DNA of 32,000 nt from Schaalia odontolytica (GTDB lineage Bacteria > Actinomycetota > Actinomycetes > Actinomycetales > Actinomycetaceae), in assembly GCF_005696695.1 (NCBI RefSeq), contig NZ_CP040006.1, positions 2,010,001 through 2,042,000 on the forward strand, read 5' to 3'. Shown here piece by piece: positions 1-7,439 of the stretch (its first letter is position 1; each line of letters opens with the position of its first letter). The notes below the pieces were generated by a model. That model saw only the letters and a list, made by a program, of their open reading frames with translations, was not told where the DNA came from and ran no database searches. Both the position numbers and the translations under genes were made by a program.

Positions 1-1
1 A

Positions 2-88
2 GATCCCCTCGATGAATTTGTAAGAACCTTTCGCATTGAAAACAAACAGGATGTTAAAACTCAGCTGATTTCAGGGAATTACTTTTAG
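2..88 (+). CDS. 3' end of an unidentified CDS truncated by the window edge (DPLDEFVRTFRIENKQDVKTQLISGNYF*)
   Basis: The frame is open from base 2 to TAG at 86-88 inside the AT-rich segment. There is no start codon in the window and no recognisable family. Weak call. Confidence 0.2.
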   Translation, partial: DPLDEFVRTFRIENKQDVKTQLISGNYF

Positions 89-210
89 GTACTTTCAATG
101 TCAGGATTTTAAAATGGGGTAAAAGCGAGACAATAACGAATGACTCCCATTTGGTTCGAAAATCTACAATACCTAAGGAAGTTGATAGACGAATAATGGG
201 CAAATTTAGT

Positions 211-1356
211 TTAGAAGAACCACCAGTAAGGCACGGAATACCGTTTAGTACGCGCAACCCAGAAAGAAATAAAATGACTAGCTATAGCTAGAGTAAAAAC
301 GGTTGCAACACTCAACACTGTTATAGGATTAGAGGCGAAAAGCAAAGAGAGAATCAAGGCAGCCAGATAGAGTGTCGCTTGAGCACAGTAGTAACTTCTC
401 GAATAGCGAAGATAGTTTTTGTTATAGGGCCCATTTGCTAGGACAGCAGCTTGGAAGAGGCCAATCCCGATATAAAAGAGGCTGATTGCAACGAGAAGAT
501 TAGCATCAGGATTCAGAAGAAAACCCATCGAAACTGTCATCAACATAAGCCCGATGAAAATAGGATAGTGACTATAAATTATAAATAATCCCTTTTGATT
601 GGATCCTTGATCAATAGCATGGTCAAATTCGCCAAAATAAAACAAGAACAGGGAAAGCATGATAACGAAATTAAGAACCGAATAAATCGAGAAATTCTCA
701 ACTGTAAAGAAGCTAACTAGCCCAATAACCATCTCTCCAAACGTAATAATGACAAGAAGGGAGACGCGCTCGATTAAATGGGGAAGATTTACCTGGAAAT
801 GCTCATCTTTAGTAATCAAGAAAATTGGCACAATAAATGTTAGCAGAATACTAGCAATAAAGATATAGACTCCAACGTAAATAGGAAAAAGAGCTGCCAG
901 ATAGACTCCTAAGCTTTGCAGACCTGTTAACCATAGAAAACCTTTGATACTTTCCCGATCAGCATTATCGGTTGATCCTCTAAAAAACTGAACCAAATAT
1001 TGAAAAAATAAGGTAAGGGTTAATGTGCCAACAGCCCAACAGGTATGATAGTACCATTGTTGCCAATTGTATCCAATCATATTGGATATAAAGAGCATAA
1101 GTCCCATGTTGACAAACATGATCACCATGTTAAATAACGAGTTCGTTCCATAGCGATTGGTATAAATGGTTTGAATCATCCAGGAATTGATGATAACCAT
1201 GACAGAGATGAAGAAATCAAGTAAAGAATCCCAAGCCAAAACACCGCTATGAAGAGGGTGAATTAAAGCAGTTGCTTTTGAAATTGCAAAAACAAACACT
1301 AGGTCATAAAATAGTTCTGAAAATTCTACACGTTTATGCTTAATAAGAGTTGCCAT
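211..1356 (-). CDS. ltrA: Low temperature requirement protein A (LtrA) family integral membrane protein, 381 aa
   Basis: Intact ORF. The N-terminal signature SELFYDLVFVFAISKA matches the LtrA-family ELFFDLVFVFA motif. The protein is multi-pass and hydrophobic throughout, with AT-rich codon usage unlike the rest of the window. A GAAAGG Shine-Dalgarno lies ~8 nt upstream of the ATG at 1356. Confidence 0.8.
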   Translation of the reverse strand: MATLIKHKRVEFSELFYDLVFVFAISKATALIHPLHSGVLAWDSLLDFFISVMVIINSWMIQTIYTNRYGTNSLFNMVIMFVNMGLMLFISNMIGYNWQQWYYHTCWAVGTLTLTLFFQYLVQFFRGSTDNADRESIKGFLWLTGLQSLGVYLAALFPIYVGVYIFIASILLTFIVPIFLITKDEHFQVNLPHLIERVSLLVIITFGEMVIGLVSFFTVENFSIYSVLNFVIMLSLFLFYFGEFDHAIDQGSNQKGLFIIYSHYPIFIGLMLMTVSMGFLLNPDANLLVAISLFYIGIGLFQAAVLANGPYNKNYLRYSRSYYCAQATLYLAALILSLLFASNPITVLSVATVFTLAIASHFISFWVARTKRYSVPYWWFF

Positions 1357-1570
1357 CTTAAGACCTTTCTGTTGTATAGGTGCAAGTTATCACAACATAC
1401 ACTATAGAGCATAGTGCAACAAATGAACTCATAGCGCTTCGATAGAAAAGTGAGATTATCCCCACTTACTATTAAATCTAATAGCTCCTCGTTTTCAATC
1501 AAGAGCTCTAATGGAGATTTTTTCTCGCTACAATAAAACCGGGTTCATTTTGGTTATGAAATGTCCTTTT

Positions 1571-1891
1571 CTAAGCAGTTGAATCAACATACAACTCTCT
1601 TCCGTGTTCTGTGTATAGCTGATTGCCTCTTGGTCGGTTAAGTAAATCCTCTAAGTGTTGCCCATCCACATGTGGGAAATGCTCGATAGATTTGACAGCT
1701 TTTAAGATTTCACCTATTTGATCAGAGCATTTATTAGATTCAAGAACACGCTTTTCTAACTCAATCTCTTTACTAATTCCAAATAGTTAGGTTGGAGTTG
1801 CATTGAAACATTCCGCTATATTATCCATGATTTATAAAGGTAGGATAGCCATTTTGTATTTCGTAATCAGAGATGGACTATTTACTGATTC
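1571..1891 (-). pseudogene. 5'-truncated XRE/HTH_3-like regulator remnant with two in-frame TAA codons
   Basis: The minus-strand frame reads ESVNSPSLITKYKMAILPL*IMDNIAECFNATPT*LFGISKEIELEKRVLES...YVDSTA*. The stretch IAECFNATPT*LFG resembles the C-terminal helix signature of HTH_3 domains (IA..F.VS.DYLLG), with TAA where Tyr (TAT/TAC) is expected. In-frame stops sit at 1832-1834 and 1787-1789. The N-terminal helices are missing beyond the composition breakpoint. Confidence 0.4.
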
Positions 1892-1899
1892 CTACACCG

Positions 1900-2593
1900 T
1901 CCATCTGAAAGACCTCAACATTCCCAGTACCATCTGTGATCGCCCCGATCTGAGCGCGGGCGCTCGCCCGGATGACCTGGGGTTGGAGGTGACGGGTCAG
2001 CGCATTGAGCCAGACCCTGCAGTGTTGGTATGCCATATTGCTGGTGAGGATCGGTGGTGCCGACGCTGCGCGTGCCTGGGAACTTCTTGTGGCACGGCGG
2101 TCAGGCGCTTGGCTCACGTACCCTGCGGGTGGCGTCCCACATCTGGCTGGCCTCCCAGCCCAACACGTAACGCGAGCGCATGGAGATCGCCGCGATGGAT
2201 CGATTTACCGGGTTCACAAGCGCAGCCGCTGAAGAACTCCCCGGCGCGAGGGCGGTCATGGATCTCTTCCACGTCGCGCACCTGGCCGGGGATGCTCTCG
2301 ATGAGTGCCGGAGGCACATCGGGCAAGAACGTCACCAGCGACGCGGGCATCCCTACCGCCCTCACGGAGATCGTCACACTGGGAAGAACGCTCAAACGGT
2401 GATCCAGAGATATCCTGGCCTACTTCGACCAGCCCCCACACCACAGGCGATCCCACCGAAGCCATCAACGGCCACCTCGAACACCGACGCGGCTCCGCAC
2501 TCGAACTTGCGAAACCTCACCAACTACACCACCCGAGCACTCCTCGAAACAGGAGGATTCAAAACCCAACTACACCCCCAACTATGAAGAGCC
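1900..2593 (+). mobile_element. Degraded ISL3-family insertion sequence remnant: right end retained, left end deleted
   Basis: Transposase fragments are described in the next entry. The sequence ends ...CTATGAAGAGCC at 2593, whose reverse complement GGCTCTTCAT... matches the GGCTCTTC-type terminal inverted repeat I recall for ISL3 elements. No matching left IR was found near 1880-1940. Confidence 0.7.
1925..2587 (+). pseudogene. ISL3 family transposase pseudogene with internal deletions and several frameshifts
   Basis: Fragments lie in three frames. (1) STICDRPDL..LGLEVTGQRIEPDPAVLVCHIAGEDRWCRRCACLGT..RRLAHVPCGWRPT, the N-terminal zinc-finger region. (2) RERMEIAAMDRFTGFTSAAAEELPGARAVMDLFHVAHLAGDALDECRR. 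(3) TEIVTLGRTLKR / DILAYFDQP / PTEAINGHLEHRRGSAL / RNLTNYTTRALLETGGFKTQLHPQL*. Only ~215 of the ~430 aa expected for an ISL3 transposase are present. Confidence 0.8.
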
Positions 2594-3192
2594 ACTTTTT
2601 CCAGTTGACTTAGATGCCCCCTACAGGCAATCGCAGCGGCCTCGCGGGCCACCACGCTCGCCCAGCGCGCGCTTGCAGCACCGGGACGACGATAGAGGAG
2701 GTTGACGAGGTTTCATCACCGCGTGACACTGACCACCGTGACCACGTCGCGCATGACCCCACTCAGCATCGGCTCAAGCCCGGCTGATTTCCACCCGCAC
2801 CCGACCATCGCGTACACTGGTCCCACACCAATACAATGTGACTCAAAATACATTAGATTGAGGGCGCTGCACCTCGCAATGATGTATCTTGATCTGTTCG
2901 CCACTAACCGAGGAGGATCACATGCCGCGGATTCGAGACTCTCGAACACGTGCGTGCAATGAGAGCCAGGCCAAATGCCACGCTCGATCCGCTTCGCTGC
3001 GCGTGGCACCACTCGGGAGAAACACACTCAGCGTGATGGCACCCCAGTCCCCCACACACACTGATCCAACAACCGGTTCGGGCAACTCGTAGCCCACCCA
3101 CCAATCGCGCGAGGCCTCATCTCGCTCACAACCCGCGCACACGCGCACCAACCCAAACCGCGCAGATGCGCACCACCTCTAAGGAGAACATC

Positions 3193-3918
3193 ATGGCCGA
3201 AAAGCAGACGATCCTGGGCCGCATTGCTCAGCTCGCCAAGGCGAACATCAACGCGCTCCTCGACAAGGCCGAGGACCCGCAGAAGATGATCGACCAGCTC
3301 ATCCGCGACTACACCAACTCGATCATCGAGGCCGAGAACGCGATCGCTCAGACCCTGGGCAACCTGCGCATGGCCGAGCGTGACTACGAGGAAGACGTTA
3401 AGGCCGCCGCCGACTGGGGCCAGAAGGCCGCCGCCGCGTCCGCGAAGGCTGACTCCCTGCGCGCCGCCGGCGACGAGGCCGGAGCCGACAAGTGGGACAA
3501 CCTGGCCAAGGTTGCCCTCGGCAAGCAGATCCAGTTCGAGAATGAGGTCAAGACCGAGGAGCCCGCTCTCGCTTCTCAGCGCGATGTCGCCGAGCGCCTG
3601 AAGACCGGCCTCGCTCAGATGAAGGACAAGCTCTCCGAGCTCAAGAGCCGCCGCGACCAGCTGATCGCCCGCGAGAAGACCGCTAAGGCTCAGGCCCAGG
3701 TCACGGAGGCCCTCGGCTCCATCAACATCCTGGACCCCACGAGCGAGCTCGGCCGCTTCGAGGACCGCGTGCGCCAGCAGGAGGCCCTCGCCCAGGGCAA
3801 GATGGAACTGGCCGCCTCCTCGCTGGACGCCCAGTTCGCTGAGCTGCAGACCGACTCCTCGCAGGTGGAGATCGAGGCTCGCCTGGCCGCCCTGAAGGGC
3901 AACAACACCCAGGCGTGA
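3193..3918 (+). CDS. pspA: PspA/IM30 family protein (phage-shock protein A-like), 241 aa
   Basis: MAEKQTILGRIAQLAKANINALLDKAEDPQKMIDQLIRDY matches the PspA/IM30 N-terminal signature (..NINALLDKAEDPEKM..). The rest is Ala/Glu/Lys/Gln-rich and coiled-coil-like. AAGGAG at 3181-3186 precedes the ATG at 3193; the ORF track's upstream ATG at 3166 lacks an SD. Confidence 0.9.
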   Translation: MAEKQTILGRIAQLAKANINALLDKAEDPQKMIDQLIRDYTNSIIEAENAIAQTLGNLRMAERDYEEDVKAAADWGQKAAAASAKADSLRAAGDEAGADKWDNLAKVALGKQIQFENEVKTEEPALASQRDVAERLKTGLAQMKDKLSELKSRRDQLIAREKTAKAQAQVTEALGSINILDPTSELGRFEDRVRQQEALAQGKMELAASSLDAQFAELQTDSSQVEIEARLAALKGNNTQA

Positions 3919-3949
3919 GCAACGCGGCCCAGCCGCACACATAGACAGG

Positions 3950-3977
3950 CCGGGCGGCCCCTCGCGGGGCCGCCCGG
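3950..3977. terminator. Bidirectional GC-rich hairpin between the convergent pspA and NYN genes
   Basis: CCGGGCGGCCCC-tcgc-GGGGCCGCCCGG forms a perfect 12-bp stem with a 4-nt loop, followed by TTCGTC on the plus strand. Confidence 0.7.
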
Positions 3978-4026
3978 TTCGTCATGTCGGTGCCAACGCG
4001 TCCGCTCGCGGACGCGGGGCCAGGGT

Positions 4027-4599
4027 TTACAGGAAGGACATCGGGTCGAAGTCGTCGATATCGATGATGTGGAGCCTGGGTAGGCGCACCTGGAAGGCGT
4101 GCACGTCGTATTCGAGGTCGATGATCTCCAGGCCTCGTTCCTCCAGCTCGTGGAGCTGGGAGGAGAGGAATTCCTTGAAGCACATGACCGCGACGCGGCG
4201 GCCCTGGTCGAGGAGGGTCTCGATCTGGGGCAGGAAGTCGGCATCGTGGCTGGCCAGGATCACGTCGCCCGTACCGAGCTGCGCGATCGCGTCCATGGTG
4301 CGCTGGAGGCCGACGTCGACGACCTTCATGTCGGCCGGACCCGACAGGGGGATGACCGAGTAGTCCATGGCCGTGAGCGCCTGGACGAAGCCCATCGGCA
4401 GGAAGCCGGAGGAGCCGTTGAGGAAGAACAGGCCCTTGGCCTTCTGGCCCCAGCGGCCGTGCGCGCTCTCGAGGACACGATCCCAGCGGGGGCGCTCCTC
4501 GGGGTTCGGGCGCCGATCAAGGACAGAGAGACCCAGCGTGGCATCGATATTTTCGCCGTCTACGACGAGATATGTTGTTTGATTATTAGGGTTTTCCAT
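4027..4599 (-). CDS. NYN (LabA/DUF88-like) domain protein, 190 aa
   Basis: The N-terminal YLVVDGENIDATLG and the later ILASHDADFLP are typical acidic-residue motifs of NYN/LabA-like PIN-fold nucleases. There is no clear SD, so the transcript may be leaderless. Confidence 0.75.
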   Translation of the reverse strand: MENPNNQTTYLVVDGENIDATLGLSVLDRRPNPEERPRWDRVLESAHGRWGQKAKGLFFLNGSSGFLPMGFVQALTAMDYSVIPLSGPADMKVVDVGLQRTMDAIAQLGTGDVILASHDADFLPQIETLLDQGRRVAVMCFKEFLSSQLHELEERGLEIIDLEYDVHAFQVRLPRLHIIDIDDFDPMSFL

Positions 4600-4666
4600 G
4601 GGAATAGAGTAACTGACGATTGTCCATACCTATGCGGCCTTGAGTCCTATGTATAACCCGATAGAG

Positions 4667-4701
4667 CGAGGCCGGGACTGCTCAGCGCAGCCCCGGCCTC
4701 G
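4667..4701 (-). terminator. Hairpin downstream of glpK
   Basis: CGAGGCCGGGaCTGC-tcagc-GCAGcCCCGGCCTCG forms a 15-bp stem with one mismatch, 22 nt after the glpK stop. There is no strong U-tract. Confidence 0.6.
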
Positions 4702-4722
4702 TCAATTTCTATGGAGTGACAA

Positions 4723-6243
4723 TCACTTCACGTCGTCGTCAACCCAGTCGAGCGTACGCGTGACGGCCTTCTTCCACAGGCGGTAGGTGCGGTCGCGCTC
4801 GGCCGGCTCCATGGACGGCGTCCAGCGCTTGCCTTCCTGCCAGTTGGCCACGACGTCCTCGGTGCCCGACCAGTAGCCCACGGCCATACCGGCGGCGTAG
4901 GCGGCACCCAGGGCGGTCGTCTCGATGACCTTCGGGCGAACAACGTCGACGCCGCACAGGTCGGCCTGGAACTGCATGACCAGGTCGTCGTGCGTCATGC
5001 CGCCGTCAACCTTGAGCTCCTTGAGCGGCACGCCGGAGTCTGCGTTCATCGCGTCGAGGACCTCGGCGCTCTGGAACGCGGTCGACTCCTCGACGGCGCG
5101 GGCGATGTGGCCCTTGTTGACGTAGCGGGTGAGACCCACGATCGCGCCGCGGGCGTCCGCGCGCCAGTAGGGGGCAAACAGGCCGGAGAAGGCGGGGACG
5201 AAGTACACGCCGCCGTTATCCTCGACCGTGCTGGCCAGCTCGCCAATGTCCGAGGACTTGACGATCATGCCCAGGTTGTCGCGCAGCCACTGGACCAGCG
5301 AGCCTGCAACGGCGATCGAACCCTCGAGGGCGTACACGGCCGGCTGATCGCCGATCTTGTAGGCGACCGTGGTGAGCAGGCCGTTGTTGGAGAAGACGGG
5401 CTCGGTGCCGGTGTTCATGAGCATGAAGCAGCCGGTGCCGTAGGTGTTCTTCGCCATGCCCTTCTCGAAGCAGGCCTGGCCGAAGGTGGCCGCCTGCTGG
5501 TCGCCGAGGATTCCGGCGATCGGGGTGTCGATGAGCAGACCATTCTTGCGGCCGTAGCCGTAGATCTCGGAGGAAGACTTGATCTCGGGGAGCATCGACA
5601 TCGGGATGCCGAAAATCTCGCAGACGTCCTCGCGCCACTGCAGCGTGCGGATGTCCATGAGCATGGTGCGCGAGGCGTTGGTGACGTCGGTGCAGTGCAC
5701 GCCGCCGTTGACGCCGCCCGTCAGGTTCCACAGGACCCAGCAGTCGGTGTTGCCGAAGAGCAGGTCGCCGGCCTCGGCGCGCTCGCGAGCGCCCTCGACG
5801 TTGTCGAGGATCCACTTGATCTTGGAGCCGGAGAAGTAGGGGGACAGACCCAGGCCACAGATCTGGCGGAAGCGGTCCGGGCCCTCGTCGCCCTCGAGTT
5901 CCTTGACGATGTCGGAGGTGCGCATGTCCTGCCAGACGATGGCGTTGTAGACGGGCTCGCCGGTGTTCTTGTCCCACACGACGGTGGTCTCACGCTGGTT
6001 GGTGATACCGACGGCCGCGAGGTTGTGGCGGTTGATTTCCGCCTTCTGCAGAGCCTCGGCGACGACGGTACGGGTGGTCTCCCAGATTTCAATGGGGTTG
6101 TGCTCGACCCAGCCCGGGTTCGGGAAGATCTGGGTGAATTCCTTCTGTCCGACGGAGACGATCTCGCCGGAGTGGTTGAAGATGATCGCACGGGTCGAGG
6201 TGGTGCCCTGATCGATGGCGAGAACGAACATTTCGGTGGTCAT
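4723..6243 (-). CDS. glpK: Glycerol kinase, 506 aa
   Basis: Full-length FGGY kinase. Recognisable stretches include [24 protein letters not shown] and GDQQAA. It lies directly downstream of glpF. Confidence 0.97.
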   Translation of the reverse strand: MTTEMFVLAIDQGTTSTRAIIFNHSGEIVSVGQKEFTQIFPNPGWVEHNPIEIWETTRTVVAEALQKAEINRHNLAAVGITNQRETTVVWDKNTGEPVYNAIVWQDMRTSDIVKELEGDEGPDRFRQICGLGLSPYFSGSKIKWILDNVEGARERAEAGDLLFGNTDCWVLWNLTGGVNGGVHCTDVTNASRTMLMDIRTLQWREDVCEIFGIPMSMLPEIKSSSEIYGYGRKNGLLIDTPIAGILGDQQAATFGQACFEKGMAKNTYGTGCFMLMNTGTEPVFSNNGLLTTVAYKIGDQPAVYALEGSIAVAGSLVQWLRDNLGMIVKSSDIGELASTVEDNGGVYFVPAFSGLFAPYWRADARGAIVGLTRYVNKGHIARAVEESTAFQSAEVLDAMNADSGVPLKELKVDGGMTHDDLVMQFQADLCGVDVVRPKVIETTALGAAYAAGMAVGYWSGTEDVVANWQEGKRWTPSMEPAERDRTYRLWKKAVTRTLDWVDDDVK

Positions 6244-6356
6244 GAGTGTCCTTTCGGAGGCGTTGTCACGTCATTGTGTGTGCCGCGTCGAGCCACCTGC
6301 GCGGCAAGCGGGACTTCGCAGTCCCACAAAATGTCACCCCGGCGGCGGGGTATGAC

Positions 6357-6385
6357 GCGGGCGAGGCCGCGGAGGCCTCGCCCGC
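6357..6385 (-). other. Strong intercistronic hairpin between glpF and glpK
   Basis: GCGGGCGAGGCC-gcgga-GGCCTCGCCCGC forms a perfect 12-bp stem, 11 nt after the glpF stop. A second small hairpin, GGGACT-tcgc-AGTCCC, lies at 6310-6325. No U-tract follows, so this looks like a stabiliser, processing site or partial terminator rather than a canonical intrinsic terminator. Confidence 0.5.
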
Positions 6386-6395
6386 GCACTCACTC

Positions 6396-7181
6396 TCAGG
6401 CGAGAATGAGGAAGTAGAGAACGGTACCGACGATGGCGCCGATGATCGGGCCGACGACGGGAACCCAGGAGTAGCCCCAGTCGGAGCCACCCTTGCCCTT
6501 GATCGGGAGGATCGCGTGGGCGATACGGGGGCCGAGGTCACGGGCCGGGTTGATGGCGTATCCGGTGGGGCCGCCAAGCGAGTTACCGATGACAACGATA
6601 ATCAGCGCGACGCCGAGGGGGCCGAAGTGGGTCTCGGTGTAGCCGGAGACGTAGACCCACAGGATCAGGACGGCGGTGCCGATGGCCTCAGTGAGGCAGT
6701 TCCAACCGTAGGAGCGGATCTCGGGGCCGGTGGAGAAGACGCCGAGCTTGAGGGCGGGGTCGCAGTCCTCGTCGAAGTGCTTCTTGAAGGTCAGCCAGCA
6801 CAGGACAGCGCCGACGAAGGCGCCGAGGAACTGAGCAACGATGTAAACGAGGATGTTGGTCGCGTTGACCGCGACGCCGGGGGCGAGCTCAACAGAGGAG
6901 TCGAAGGCGTGGCCGACAGCCTTGGCGATCGTCACGGCGGGGTTCAGGTGACCGCCGGAGCGGAATGCAACGTACACGCCGGCGAAGACCGCGAGGCCCC
7001 ATCCCCAGTTGATGAGCAGCCAGCCGCCGCCCTTACCCTTGGACTTGGGCAGCAGGTTCGTCGCGACGACGCCGCCACCGAGGAGCAGCAGCACGGCCGT
7101 GCCGAGGAATTCGGACCAGAACAGCTGGGCCGTGGTGAAAGCAGCCGTGTCGGCGGCTGCCGGGAGCAGTGTTGTGAGCAT
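6396..7181 (-). CDS. glpF: Glycerol uptake facilitator (MIP/aquaporin family), 261 aa
   Basis: Both NPA boxes are present (HLNPAVTIA and AINPARDLGPR), the hydrophobic pattern is consistent with six TM segments, and the gene sits upstream of glpK. Confidence 0.95.
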   Translation of the reverse strand: MLTTLLPAAADTAAFTTAQLFWSEFLGTAVLLLLGGGVVATNLLPKSKGKGGGWLLINWGWGLAVFAGVYVAFRSGGHLNPAVTIAKAVGHAFDSSVELAPGVAVNATNILVYIVAQFLGAFVGAVLCWLTFKKHFDEDCDPALKLGVFSTGPEIRSYGWNCLTEAIGTAVLILWVYVSGYTETHFGPLGVALIIVVIGNSLGGPTGYAINPARDLGPRIAHAILPIKGKGGSDWGYSWVPVVGPIIGAIVGTVLYFLILA

Positions 7182-7328
7182 GTTTCCCTATCTTTCTCCA
7201 GCGCGTCGTCGCGCCGGTCACCGGTGGTTTCCCACCGCGAACAATGTGCCAGCGAACACTATCAACTGAGATAGCGATCCGTGGGTCACACCAAGTATGT
7301 CACTTGTTGCACGTTGGCCCAAACTGAG

Positions 7329-7342
7329 TGCACATTCGTGCA
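7329..7342. promoter_or_regulatory. Palindrome TGCAC-ATTC-GTGCA in the glpF/sorC divergent intergenic region (candidate operator)
   Basis: The 5+5 inverted repeat is perfect. A second copy with the same arms lies 97 bp away at 7426-7439. Confidence 0.35.
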
Positions 7343-7425
7343 GCCCCAGAGGTGTGACCCTGACCATCTGACGAAGATTAATCTACTCACCCCCGCACGG
7401 AAGTCAATGTTCAAACACACACATC

Positions 7426-7439
7426 TGCACGCTTGTGCA
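7426..7439. promoter_or_regulatory. Palindrome TGCAC-GCTT-GTGCA (second copy of the candidate operator)
   Basis: The arms are identical to those of the 7329-7342 site. The site overlaps the most upstream candidate GTG start of the SorC-family gene. Confidence 0.35.

Noticed and set aside
54-257. A 67-aa minus-strand ORF overlapping the ltrA 3' end.
   Set aside because: It overlaps the ltrA coding region in another frame, and it has no SD and no recognisable features.
1803-2402. A 199-aa ORF spanning the AT-rich/GC-rich junction.
   Set aside because: It is a chimeric reading frame. The first ~40 codons are antisense to the XRE-like remnant, and the rest consists of ISL3 transposase fragments that soon go out of frame. 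It is not a real gene.
3028-3942. A 304-aa minus-strand ORF antisense to pspA.
   Set aside because: It is a Leu/Gly/Ala/Val low-complexity shadow ORF. The plus strand has a clear PspA signature and an SD.
4990-6417. A 475-aa plus-strand ORF antisense to glpK.
   Set aside because: It is a shadow ORF of a clearly identified glycerol kinase. The composition is Gly/Asp/Val/Ala/Arg-rich, with no motifs.
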